Assembly: GCA_030648835.1 (NCBI GenBank)
Contig: JAUSGT010000003.1
Coordinates: 65,307-129,306 of the forward strand
DNA from: Candidatus Moraniibacteriota bacterium
GTDB taxonomy: Bacteria > Patescibacteriota > Minisyncoccia > Moranbacterales > UBA1568
Direction of reading: 5' to 3'
Length of the DNA stretch: 64,000 nt
Positions 37,907 through 46,768 of this stretch are shown in pieces. Positions within the stretch are counted from its first letter, which is position 1, and the number at the start of each line of letters is the position of its first letter. Under the pieces are notes generated by a model. That model did not search any database, was not told the DNA's origin, and saw nothing but the letters and a program-made list of their open reading frames with translations. Both the position numbers and the translations under genes were made by a program.

Positions 37907-38332
37907 ATGGCGACTCTCACCAGGCTTTCTCCTATTTTCTTACGAGGATTACCGCTTTTGATGTGGATGGGAGTAATTTTCTTTTTTTCTTCTCTCCCCG
38001 GGAGCGAACATCCTTACCAAGTAACGCTTTCATACTATGTGGAACGCAAGGGAGCGCATGTTGTTGAATATGCGGTACTTATGTTTCTCTCGCTGCGTTT
38101 TTTACTGGTCACTTTCCCTCGAGAAACATTTAAAAAGATTTTTCTTCTGGCGGTGGTTTTCTCGATCGCGTATGGAGCAACAGATGAACTACATCAATTT
38201 TTTGTGCTCTATCGGGGGGCCAAGGTAAGTGATGTTTTGGTGGATGGTTTTGGTGTTCTTCTGATGGGGGCGTTTATCTGGTTCATTATGGGGATGCGGC
38301 GTAAAAAGGGAATGACAGTGGATCGCAGGTGA
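37907..38332 (+). CDS. VanZ family membrane protein
   Basis: WM.VIF.FSS, RK.AH..EYA.L, YG.TDELHQ.FV..R....DV..D. Confidence 0.9.
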   Translation: MATLTRLSPIFLRGLPLLMWMGVIFFFSSLPGSEHPYQVTLSYYVERKGAHVVEYAVLMFLSLRFLLVTFPRETFKKIFLLAVVFSIAYGATDELHQFFVLYRGAKVSDVLVDGFGVLLMGAFIWFIMGMRRKKGMTVDRR

Positions 38333-38363
38333 AGTTCATTTGGGAATAGACTTTTTGTAGAAT

Positions 38364-38397
38364 AAAAAAACTCCTGTCTTTGTGACAGGAGTTTTTA
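38364..38397. terminator. Bidirectional terminator
   Basis: AAAAAAACTCCTGTC-TTTGT-GACAGGAGTTTTT. Confidence 0.85.
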
Positions 38398-38409
38398 TGT
38401 GAGAGAAGT

Positions 38410-38754
38410 TTACTTCACTGATTCGACAAATTTTTTGAAAATGTCAGGATTTTCAACTGCGAGCTCCGAAAGCACTTTGCGGTCGAGGGCGATGTTTTTG
38501 GTCTTCGCGATGGCGATGAACTGGCGATACATTATGCCATGTAAGCGGAGGGCTGTGTTGAGGCGGGTAATCCAGAGACTGCGAAAACTGCGCTTTTTGG
38601 AGCGGCGGTCACGCCGAGCGTACTTTCCGGCTTTGATGACAGCTTCTTTGGCTTTGGTGAAGAGGTTCTTGCGTCCCCAACGGAAACCTTTGGCAGCTTT
38701 CAAAACATTCTTGTGGCGTTTCTTGGTCATGACGCCTCTTTTGATCCTGGTCAT
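38410..38754 (-). CDS. rplT: 50S ribosomal protein L20
   Basis: MTRIKRG..AKGF.....RDRR.KKR.FR.LWI.R.N, LDRKVLSELA. Confidence 0.98.
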   Translation of the reverse strand: MTRIKRGVMTKKRHKNVLKAAKGFRWGRKNLFTKAKEAVIKAGKYARRDRRSKKRSFRSLWITRLNTALRLHGIMYRQFIAIAKTKNIALDRKVLSELAVENPDIFKKFVESVK

Positions 38755-38766
38755 ATGGAGAAAAAC

Positions 38767-38840
38767 GAATTATGAATTAGGAATTGTGAATCTTGAGCGG
38801 AAAGAAATTTTTTGATTCCTTATTCCTGATTCTTGATTCA
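38767..38840. repeat. Inverted pair of 7-bp arrays (GAATTNN / NNATTC)
   Basis: GAATTAT GAATTAG GAATTGT GAATCTT ... GATTCCT TATTCCT GATTCTT GATTCA. Confidence 0.75.
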
Positions 38841-38845
38841 TCTGG

Positions 38846-39046
38846 TTAAAACGAATAGGGGAGGGAATTCTTGATGTTCTTGGCGACTGCCGGGTAGACG
38901 CTGTTGTCTTGGCGCTTGGCTCGCGACTGTTTGCCGCTGTCGCGGGAATTGTGATGATTCTGGCCGGTGGCGCGAGTCTTCAATTTTCCGCTGCCGGTAA
39001 TTTTCACTTTTTTGCTGACTGATTTTCTGGTTTTGAGTTTTGGCAT
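38846..39046 (-). CDS. rpmI: 50S ribosomal protein L35
   Basis: MPKLKTRKS..K..KITGSGK; between infC and rplT. Confidence 0.93.
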   Translation of the reverse strand: MPKLKTRKSVSKKVKITGSGKLKTRATGQNHHNSRDSGKQSRAKRQDNSVYPAVAKNIKNSLPYSF

Positions 39047-39055
39047 AACTTTGAA

Positions 39056-39120
39056 AATTTCCAATTCCTAATGTCTTATCAGGATTCTTATTAGAAATTA
39101 GATATTAGGTATTAGATATT
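39056..39120. repeat. Inverted pair of 7-bp arrays (CTAAT / ATTAG type)
   Basis: AATTTCC AATTCCT AATGTCT ... ATTAGAA ATTAGAT ATTAGGT ATTAGAT. Confidence 0.75.
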
Positions 39121-39131
39121 TTGTCAACTTA

Positions 39132-39680
39132 TTATTCCGTTACGATGAGAGCGGTAAACCCCATCGGACCACGTTTCACTTCTTCTTCGAAACGGTGTGG
39201 GATGGCGATACTTTTGAGGAATCCGGTGAGATTTCCTTTGGCTTTCTCATACATCGCTTTTTCCCGACCGCGGAGCACTATTTCGACACGCACCTTATTT
39301 CCTTTGGTGAGGAATTTTTCCGCTTGCGTTTTTTTAAAAAGAAGATCATGTGTGTCGGTGCGGAAGCCGATGCGGATGCCTTTGGTCTCGACTTTTTTCT
39401 GTTTTGATTTGGCTTGCTGCTCCTGCTTGGCTTGACGATACTGGAGTTTGCCGAAATCGGTCACTTTGCACACCGGAGGGACTGCCAGGGGAGACACTTC
39501 GACGAGGTCCGCTTCTTGTTCCCGTGCCAATTGTAGCGCGGCCGCAATATCCATGGTGCCATGATTGATACCGGCGATATCGATAACCACTACCTGCGGG
39601 GCAAGAATCAGTTCATTCACGCGCGAACGAATCTTCAACTGCATTTTCGGTTTCGGTCGATTGTGACGTCTTCGTCTCAC
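39132..39680 (-). CDS. infC: Translation initiation factor IF-3
   Basis: NE.I..P.V.VID, DLVEVSP.A.PPVCK..DFGK..Y, RGRE; GTG start. Confidence 0.96.
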   Translation of the reverse strand: MRRRRHNRPKPKMQLKIRSRVNELILAPQVVVIDIAGINHGTMDIAAALQLAREQEADLVEVSPLAVPPVCKVTDFGKLQYRQAKQEQQAKSKQKKVETKGIRIGFRTDTHDLLFKKTQAEKFLTKGNKVRVEIVLRGREKAMYEKAKGNLTGFLKSIAIPHRFEEEVKRGPMGFTALIVTE

Positions 39681-39702
39681 TTTATTTTTTTCAAAAATTG
39701 TG

Positions 39703-40102
39703 TGGAGTTGATGGGAATTGCACCCATGTCCAGAAACATTTTCCCAAAATATTCTACAAGCTTAGAGTGCTTTGTGTAATGAAAGAAGTAAAAAGCAGAC
39801 AAAATCTCCATTCATTTTTTTCTTTCGCAATACGGCTGAGAAGAAGAAAGAAAAAGAAACTCTTCGGCCGTCTCGATTATATGACACCAGAGATTCCTTA
39901 CCGAGAATCGGGATTCTGATGGCTCCGCGCTAAAATTTAGGCGAGAGCAAGAGCGAAAGTTGGTGCGAACGCTTGCGCGATCGCATTCTTTGCTTTTGTG
40001 ATGAAGTTTGCATTTATCATCGTGAGAACGATTTTTACGATCATGTTCTCAAGATCGGCTTGCCTATTTTGAAAGTACGCCCTGTCGAGTCTAAACAACC
40101 CC
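39703..40102 (-). ncRNA. ssrA: tmRNA (one-piece), tag ANFITKAKNAIAQAFAPTFALALA*
   Basis: 5' GGGGTTG pairs with 3' CAACTCC-A including G3.U; TCGAC after 5' arm; T-arm ATGGG-TGCAATT-CCCAT; tag ORF 40011-39937 after ATAAAT; directly downstream of smpB. Confidence 0.93.
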
Positions 40103-40169
40103 GCACTACTTGCTTCGCAAGAAGTGCGGGGCAGGCCCTTTTTCTTGCAAACAAGGATTGCGCAATTGT

Positions 40170-40613
40170 CTACGATCTCATTGCCCGATTTATCCTTCTT
40201 TTGGCGTCGCGTTTACCAATATCTGAGCGCTTGTCGTAGGACTTTTTTCCTTTTCCAACAGCAAACTCCAACTTGACAAGTTGTTTCCTAGTATACAGGC
40301 GGATAGGCACGAGTGTCAAGCCTTCGGTGCGGTATTTCCCGATAAGAGAGCGAATTTCCCGTTTACGGAGGAGGAGTTTACGGGGGCGACCGGGTTCGTG
40401 TGTCGTATCACGATGGGCATGGGCATAACGGGGGATGAGAGCGTTCGTCAGGTACAATTCGTCCCCTTTGACCGTCACGAAGCTGCCTTTGAGGCTGGCG
40501 TGGCCTGTTTTGACCGACTTTACCTCCGATCCGGTCAACACCAAACCAGCCTCGAAGTGTCCTTCGAGGGCATAGTCGAACCCGGCTCGTTTGTTGGTGG
40601 CGATGACTGTCAT
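40170..40613 (-). CDS. smpB: SsrA-binding protein
   Basis: NKRA.FDY, EAGLVL.GSEVKS, R.RKLLL.K.EI, GKK.YDKR. Confidence 0.98.
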   Translation of the reverse strand: MTVIATNKRAGFDYALEGHFEAGLVLTGSEVKSVKTGHASLKGSFVTVKGDELYLTNALIPRYAHAHRDTTHEPGRPRKLLLRKREIRSLIGKYRTEGLTLVPIRLYTRKQLVKLEFAVGKGKKSYDKRSDIGKRDAKRRINRAMRS

Positions 40614-40678
40614 AAGCGTGTACCTGTACTGTAGCGAAAGAAGGTGCTTATGGCAATGACAAATTTCTATTGAGTGAT

Positions 40679-40724
40679 AAAAAAACAGCTCGTCTTGTGG
40701 ATGTGAGGTCTACAAGTTGAGCTG
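40679..40724 (-). terminator. Putative terminator of purA
   Basis: CAGCTC..CTTGTGGA...TCTACAAG..GAGCTG stem with A-tract on + strand. Confidence 0.6.
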
Positions 40725-40750
40725 GGTATCCGGCGTAGCGGAAGTATTTT

Positions 40751-41995
40751 TCAGCGGTTGATATTGTCTGTGCGGTCCGGCCCGGTACCGACTTGGGTGA
40801 TGGGGACGCCGATACGCTGTTCGATGAATCGCACGTAGTTCTGGGCGGCTTGAGGCAGGTCTTCGAATTTATGAGTTCCTCGAATTTCCTGTTCCCACCC
40901 CTGTACGGTCACGTAGCTTGGAGTAACGGTTTCCAAACAGTTGATGACACCGGATGCCTTTGCGCAGAATCCGTCAGCGAAATATTCCGTGCACACCTGG
41001 ATTTCCGATAGCGTGTCGAGGATATCGAGTTTGGTAAGCCAAGCTTCCGTGAGGCCGTTCACTTTGACGGCGTATTTGATGGCAGGCAGATCGAGCCAGC
41101 CGCAGCGCCGATCGCGTCCGGTCGTGGCGCCGCGTTCATCACCGCGTTTTTGCAACAAAGCTCCGGTTTCATCGAGCAGTTCCGTGGGGAATGGACCATT
41201 GCCGACTCGTGTCGTATAAGCTTTGATGATGCCGATGACACGGGTGATGGCTCGGGCCGGGATGCCGAGACCGGTACACGCTCCGCCGATCGTGGTGTTG
41301 GATGAAGTGACAAACGGGTAGGTGCCGTGGTCGATATCGAGCAAGGTTCCTTGAGCGCCTTCCGCCAGGACGAGCTTGTTGTCAGCGAGCGCCGAGTGAA
41401 TGAGATCCACCGTGTCGCTTACAAATGGCCGGAGATCCTCGCAGGCCGAGAAGAATTCCGCGAGAACCAAAGCATCCTCTTTTTCATCGATACTTTTGAG
41501 GTAGTCATCAACGCGCAGTCGCGTCTTTTGTTTGAAGAGGGGTGAAAGTATGTCGCCCGCGCGAAAGCCCAAACGGCTTATTTTGTCGGTGTAGGCCGGG
41601 CCAATTCCGCGCCCCGTCGTCCCGATAGCATGTGATTTTTCCATCCTGGCATCGCGATCACGGTGGAGCGGCAAGATGAGGTGGGCATTGCGCGCAATGT
41701 GGAGACGTCCGCGAATGTTTTGGACGCCTTGTTTATCGAGGGCGGCAATCTCTTGGCAGAGCGTGATCGGGTTGATCACCATACCGCCTCCGAGTATGCA
41801 GAGCGGTCTCGGTTGCAGAATGCCGGAGGGGACTTGATGGAGGACCGTTTTCTGACCATCGATAATGATGGTATGGCCGGCATTCGGTCCGCCTTGGAAG
41901 CGGGCGACAATGTCGGCATTTTCAGCCAGAAAATCGGCGCCTTTACCTTTTCCTTCATCGCCCCATTGAGTACCTAAAATCACGGTGACTGGCAT
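40751..41995 (-). CDS. purA: Adenylosuccinate synthetase
   Basis: QWGDEGKGK, GGPNAGHT, IGTT.RGIGPAY.DK, EGAQG..LDIDHGTYPFVTSS, GATTGR.RRCGW; AAGGAG SD before MPVTV. Confidence 0.97.
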   Translation of the reverse strand: MPVTVILGTQWGDEGKGKGADFLAENADIVARFQGGPNAGHTIIIDGQKTVLHQVPSGILQPRPLCILGGGMVINPITLCQEIAALDKQGVQNIRGRLHIARNAHLILPLHRDRDARMEKSHAIGTTGRGIGPAYTDKISRLGFRAGDILSPLFKQKTRLRVDDYLKSIDEKEDALVLAEFFSACEDLRPFVSDTVDLIHSALADNKLVLAEGAQGTLLDIDHGTYPFVTSSNTTIGGACTGLGIPARAITRVIGIIKAYTTRVGNGPFPTELLDETGALLQKRGDERGATTGRDRRCGWLDLPAIKYAVKVNGLTEAWLTKLDILDTLSEIQVCTEYFADGFCAKASGVINCLETVTPSYVTVQGWEQEIRGTHKFEDLPQAAQNYVRFIEQRIGVPITQVGTGPDRTDNINR

Positions 41996-42053
41996 GTTGT
42001 GCTCCTTCGTTATCAGGAAAACGCCGTTAAAAAATTGGGAAAAAACCTTTCGT

Positions 42054-42081
42054 ATCATACTCTCATCGCTTATTCTGTCAA
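42054..42081 (-). promoter_or_regulatory. Sigma70 promoter of purA
   Basis: TTGACA-16bp-TATGAT. Confidence 0.65.
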
Positions 42082-42169
42082 TTTCATTTCATATATAATT
42101 GAGACAAAAAAAGAACGGCGCCAAGAGTAGCACGCCGCCTTGTTTCGCAAAGCTTTGCGATAAAATTTG

Positions 42170-43684
42170 TCAGCTCGTTGTGACACGTACGGCCATTTGT
42201 TGTTGACCGGCTCCCGAAAAGCGGAGCCATGTGTACGGGTCATCACCACGCTTATGCAGCTCGGTGATGTTTTTCACTCCGAGGTGGCCGAAGCCTCCGC
42301 GCATGAGCTCATCGTCCTTGTCCCACCAGTCGAGCAACGGTCCGCGATTACGTACCCAACCATCCACACCTTCCGGTGCCGACTTGGTAATGCCATAGCG
42401 ATCCGAACTCCGATCGTTGATAGCGCCGACACTGGCCATCCCACGGTAGCGATTTTCCATGAAACCGTTGATCTCTCTTCTGAGGTTTTTGATCTCAGGC
42501 GATCCGGACTCGTTTGCTGCCGCCAGCCACTCTCCGGCCATGACTGTATGGGCGCCGGCGAGCAACGCGCGCACTGCAAACCCAGGACCGGAAATGCCTC
42601 CATCGGCGATAATATCCGGAGCATGAAGCCCTTTGGCCTTGAGGTATTTCTGAGCAAAGCGCAGTTCACGAATCAGCGTCCACATGGGAACGCCTACACC
42701 GGTTACTTGGCTCGTCGTGCATATGGAACCCGAACCGATACCGGCTTTGACGGCATGCACACCGGTTTCGGCCAAGCGCACATAACTGTCTACGCTTGCG
42801 ACGTTGCCGGCGATGACTGCTCCACGATCGGCGACAAGTTTCACTACACGTTTGGCTTGTTTGATGACGGGGGAACAATTTCCATGCGAGCTGTCGATGA
42901 CATAGATCGCTACGCCAAGTTGGAGTCCGCGCTTTACGCGCAAGATATCCCTGTTATGAACGCCGATGGCCATGCCGACGAGAGGCTTGCCGTTATGCCA
43001 AGCAGGATTTGCATGGCGTACGTCTTTGACAAAATACATGCCGTGGAAAATACCATTTTTATCCATTACCGGCAAGACACGGCAGTTCTTTTCGTTTAAT
43101 AGCCGATGTCGGATAGTCTCAAAGGGGGTTTCTGGAGACACCGTTTTCAAGTGCTTCAGTGGTTTCATCCACTTTGCAACAGAGTGTTCCTCTTTCCCTT
43201 CCCATGAGATGTCACGGGCGAATATCATCCCCACCAATTTTTTCCCTTCAAGAACGGGATATGTCGAGTGGTGGGTGCGTTTGTATGTTTCCTCCACTTT
43301 ACGAATCCGATCATTCATCCGCAGGCATATCGGCTTGGCTTTCAGAAACGGTTTCGTATTGACGGCTTCCTTGGCCCAGGCCAGCTGTGTTTTTGCAAGA
43401 CGATGACGAAATATAACCGCAGCGCCACCGATTTTTGACATAGCTTGAGCCATTGGTGTGCCGGACACCGTGTCCATAGCGGCTGCCAAAACAGGCGTGT
43501 TCATGGTAACCGGACCAATACGCGTTTCGAGAGACGCCGCTTTTGGGTCAGTCTCGGTGTAGAATTCACGGTAGGAAGCTTCATACAACGTGTACCCCGG
43601 CGTGATGTTGACGGCAGCGTTTTCATCGAGATTCGGGTACAGTGCCGCATAAATCATTTGTGCCACAGGGTGCATGGGGTGCAT
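42170..43684 (-). CDS. guaB: IMP dehydrogenase family protein with CBS pair
   Basis: AAAMDTVS, IDSSHG, AGNVA, GIGSGSICTT, IADGGI, YRGMAS, PEGV; AAGGAG SD. Confidence 0.9.
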   Translation of the reverse strand: MHPMHPVAQMIYAALYPNLDENAAVNITPGYTLYEASYREFYTETDPKAASLETRIGPVTMNTPVLAAAMDTVSGTPMAQAMSKIGGAAVIFRHRLAKTQLAWAKEAVNTKPFLKAKPICLRMNDRIRKVEETYKRTHHSTYPVLEGKKLVGMIFARDISWEGKEEHSVAKWMKPLKHLKTVSPETPFETIRHRLLNEKNCRVLPVMDKNGIFHGMYFVKDVRHANPAWHNGKPLVGMAIGVHNRDILRVKRGLQLGVAIYVIDSSHGNCSPVIKQAKRVVKLVADRGAVIAGNVASVDSYVRLAETGVHAVKAGIGSGSICTTSQVTGVGVPMWTLIRELRFAQKYLKAKGLHAPDIIADGGISGPGFAVRALLAGAHTVMAGEWLAAANESGSPEIKNLRREINGFMENRYRGMASVGAINDRSSDRYGITKSAPEGVDGWVRNRGPLLDWWDKDDELMRGGFGHLGVKNITELHKRGDDPYTWLRFSGAGQQQMAVRVTTS

Positions 43685-43744
43685 GGATTTGCTCCTTGGT
43701 GAGGGTTGATCGAGATGCCAAATGTTAAAATAACTATACAGACG

Positions 43745-43773
43745 ATGATACAGGATAGAGGGTGCGGAGTCAA
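43745..43773 (-). promoter_or_regulatory. Sigma70 promoter of guaB
   Basis: TTGACT-17bp-TATCAT, same hexamers as the pyrD promoter. Confidence 0.7.
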
Positions 43774-43819
43774 CTTTGAACTCTTCCCTTTTTGGCTTTT
43801 ATACGCTACGATAAGGAGT

Positions 43820-45451
43820 ATGAAAATGATTTTGGAACGGGAAATTCGGACTGTTTTGGAAGCGTTGCAAAAAGCGGGAGCTCTGCCTCCTTTTCCGTTG
43901 CCGGAAATTCTGGTGGAGCGGCCCAAAGAAGATCAATTCGGGGAGTACAGTTCGAATGTGGCTCTCATGCTTGCCAAACAGGCGAAGAAAAATCCGATGG
44001 AATTGGCGCAGATAATAGAATCTGGAATCTTGAATCTGGAATCTGGAAACAAGAATGAAATTATAGAGAAGATTGAGGTGGCAAGTCCCGGGTATATTAA
44101 TTTTTATCTTTCCCAGAAAGCTTTGGGGGCCGTTGTGGAAGAAGTGCTGGTAAAAAAGGATCGGTACGGGGCCGGTGAAATTGGCAAAGGAGTGAAAGTA
44201 AATAATGAATTCATTTCTGCCAACCCGACCGGGCCGCTGCATCTTGGCAACGGACGGGGTGGATTCTATGCCGACGTATTGTCACGCGTACTGCGTAAAG
44301 TTGGTTATGATGTGGTTAACGAATACTATGTGAATGATGCCGGGGAGCAGATTCTCAAATTGGGGCACAGCGTTCTCAAGGATAGTGAAGTGGTGTATGA
44401 GGGGAATTATGTTGATGCGTTGCATCAACGAATCATGAATCATGAATCAGGGATCACGGAAGAAAGTGATTCTAAAGAAGCAGGAGCATGGGCAGCGCAG
44501 GAGATTTTGGAAAACATGATCAAAAAAACAGTCGAGCAAGCGATGCATATTTCGTTTGATGTTTGGACTTCCGAACGGAAGCTTTTCGAGGATGGCTTGG
44601 TTGATGAAGCAATCGAAAAACTGAAATCTGCAGGAATGACTTTCGAAAATGAAGGGGCCCTTTGGCTGAAAACTTCCGAACAGGGCGATGACAAGGATCG
44701 TGTGCTTATCAAAGCAGACGGCAAAAAAACATATTTGGCATCCGATGCGGGTCATATCCTGAGTTATCTCAAGAGCAAGGTTGATACTATTTTAGAAACT
44801 TTTGGTGCCGATCATCATGGGTATACGAAACGTTTTGAAATTGTTGCTCGGGCGCTTGGTTTCACGGGTGAGATTCATTTTACGTTGGTGCAGCTGGTCA
44901 AGGTAGTGAAAGACGGCGAGGAAGTCCGCATGAGCAAGCGGGCGGGGAATGTCATCACCATCGACGAGCTGATTGAGAAAGTAGGACACGATGTGGCGCG
45001 CTTCTTTTTCCTTCTGTACGCGCCGGAAACCCAAATGAACTTTGATCTTGGGTTGGCCGAAGAACATTCGGAGAAGAACCCGGTTTTTTACGTCCAGTAT
45101 GCTCACGCGCGGCTTGCCAGTATTTTGCGAAAAGCTGAGGAGGAGGGTTTCACAAAAAATGGCGGTGATCTCAATCTTCTCGTCCATCCGAAAGAGCGGG
45201 GACTGATTCGCGAGCTTATGTTCTTTCCGGAACTGATTGAAACGATTGCCCGAGATTTCTCCGTGCACAGACTGCCGCAGTATGCCATCCGTTTGGCCGA
45301 TAAACTCCATTCTTTTTATGCTGACTGTCGCGTGCTGGATGAAGAGGATAAGCCGCTCACATACGCCCGTTTGGAGCTTATCTCGGCGGTGAAAATCGTT
45401 TTGGCAGAGACGCTCCACGTGATGGGAATCACGGCACCGGAAAAAATGTAA
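43820..45451 (+). CDS. argS: Arginine--tRNA ligase (start 43820 or 43826)
   Basis: EFISANPTGPLHLGNGR, GADHHGY, MSKRAG, YVQYAHAR, APEKM. Confidence 0.97.
   Translation: MKMILEREIRTVLEALQKAGALPPFPLPEILVERPKEDQFGEYSSNVALMLAKQAKKNPMELAQIIESGILNLESGNKNEIIEKIEVASPGYINFYLSQKALGAVVEEVLVKKDRYGAGEIGKGVKVNNEFISANPTGPLHLGNGRGGFYADVLSRVLRKVGYDVVNEYYVNDAGEQILKLGHSVLKDSEVVYEGNYVDALHQRIMNHESGITEESDSKEAGAWAAQEILENMIKKTVEQAMHISFDVWTSERKLFEDGLVDEAIEKLKSAGMTFENEGALWLKTSEQGDDKDRVLIKADGKKTYLASDAGHILSYLKSKVDTILETFGADHHGYTKRFEIVARALGFTGEIHFTLVQLVKVVKDGEEVRMSKRAGNVITIDELIEKVGHDVARFFFLLYAPETQMNFDLGLAEEHSEKNPVFYVQYAHARLASILRKAEEEGFTKNGGDLNLLVHPKERGLIRELMFFPELIETIARDFSVHRLPQYAIRLADKLHSFYADCRVLDEEDKPLTYARLELISAVKIVLAETLHVMGITAPEKM
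44018..44457 (+). repeat. Two intragenic 7-bp arrays in argS (44018-44045 and 44430-44457)
   Basis: GAATCTG GAATCTT GAATCTG GAATCTG; GAATCAT GAATCAT GAATCAG GGATCAC. Confidence 0.8.
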
Positions 45452-45511
45452 TCCCGTTGAAACGGGATTACCCTGAGCGGAGCATCGCTAAAGGCGAGCG
45501 GAGTCGAATGG
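45449..45511 (+). repeat. Stop-codon hairpin plus CCCTGAGC..GTCGAA.GG REP-like unit with nested duplication
   Basis: TAATCCCGTT-GA-AACGGGATTA CCCT GAGCGGAG CATCGCTAAAGGC GAGCGGAG TCGAATGG. Confidence 0.7.
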
Positions 45512-45697
45512 TCTTTATTATCGAATGATCAGATATAAAAAATGCTCAAGAGATACAAACAAAGAAAGAAGTACAAAAGGGCGCTCAACTTTGATGAGAA
45601 AGCCCTTCATTTTATGGTCAAGGTTTTTGGTTCGGCAGCTCTCTTTTTTATTGCCGCCATCGGTATGGATGCGTATCATATATTTCATTAAACCAGT

Positions 45698-46270
45698 ATG
45701 TCTTTTCGTATCACTTTCTACCTCGTTCGCCATGGCGAATCGGAAAACAACGTGAGCAATATCGCCAACTCTCTGCCGGAAGAGATACAATATCACCTTA
45801 CCAAAAAGGGGCGAGAACAGGTCGAGGAAACGGCCATGCTGTTGGCGAAGAATGGGGCGACCGCGATTTTTGCCTCACCGCTTCTCCGGACCCGTGAAAC
45901 GGCAGAAATTATTTCCGAAAAAACCGGTTTGCCGATCGTATTTGATGAGCGCTTATGCGAACTGGGCAATGGTATATTCAACAATCGTCCAATACGGGAA
46001 TTTTTGGAGAAATACCCCGATCCGCATATGCGTGTCAGTCCTGATCCGGCAGATGGCGTAGAAAGTTTGATAGACATGCGTGGACGGCTCGAAAGCTTTC
46101 TCCGCGATGTGGAGAAGCGTTATCCGGAGGGGAAAATAATAGTTGTTTCTCATGGTGATCCGTTGGAGCAATTTCATGGTATCCTTACCAATGAAAGCCC
46201 CGGTCAGTCGGCTTCCGGTTGGATGCCCGAAAACGCTTCGCATATGGAAGTAAAGTGGGAAGCGAAATGA
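45698..46270 (+). CDS. Histidine phosphatase family protein
   Basis: LVRHGES, SPL.RT.ETA, RL.E, VVSHG. Confidence 0.92.
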   Translation: MSFRITFYLVRHGESENNVSNIANSLPEEIQYHLTKKGREQVEETAMLLAKNGATAIFASPLLRTRETAEIISEKTGLPIVFDERLCELGNGIFNNRPIREFLEKYPDPHMRVSPDPADGVESLIDMRGRLESFLRDVEKRYPEGKIIVVSHGDPLEQFHGILTNESPGQSASGWMPENASHMEVKWEAK

Positions 46271-46307
46271 GAGGGGGGCAGACTTGCTAAATAGTGAGAC
46301 AAATAAA

Positions 46308-46760
46308 ATGCTGTATTCGGAATATCTTGTTCGGTCGGCGGAAGATGTTTGTCATTTTTGTAACCCGCGTGATCGGAAGTTTATCGAAAACGAGGGAGCT
46401 TTTCTCACGTATGGCATTGCCCCCTATCATAAACATCATTTATTGGTTATACCGAAGAGGCACGTGCAGTCTTTTATGGAACTTGCCCGAGATGAAGCAG
46501 AACAGATATGGGATATCATCCGCAAGGCGAGCGCTATCTTGCTTGAACTGGGATACGAAAGCTATACTGTGGTCGTTCGGGAAGGGAAGAATGATGCCAA
46601 GAGTATGAAACATCTGCACTATCATATTATTCCGGAAGAGCACATCGGCGATTTGGATCACGAGGGGAATAAACGCGTTGTGATGAGCGAAAAAGAAATC
46701 CAAGCCGTTTCCCAAGACATTCAAAAAGCGATGCAAAAGCTAACGTTTACCGGGTTGTAA
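46308..46760 (+). CDS. HIT family protein (start could be TTG 46284)
   Basis: CHFC, HLLVIPKRH, HLHYH triad. Confidence 0.88.
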   Translation: MLYSEYLVRSAEDVCHFCNPRDRKFIENEGAFLTYGIAPYHKHHLLVIPKRHVQSFMELARDEAEQIWDIIRKASAILLELGYESYTVVVREGKNDAKSMKHLHYHIIPEEHIGDLDHEGNKRVVMSEKEIQAVSQDIQKAMQKLTFTGL

Positions 46761-46768
46761 GCGAATAT

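Noticed and set aside
39703-39735. tRNA-like T-arm and acceptor half, possible tRNA or att site
   Set aside because: It pairs with the 5' arm at 40096-40102 and encloses a tag ORF, so it is the tmRNA 3' end; no duplicate or integrase seen.
42167-43099. 310-aa plus-strand ORF
   Set aside because: Antisense to guaB, no motifs.
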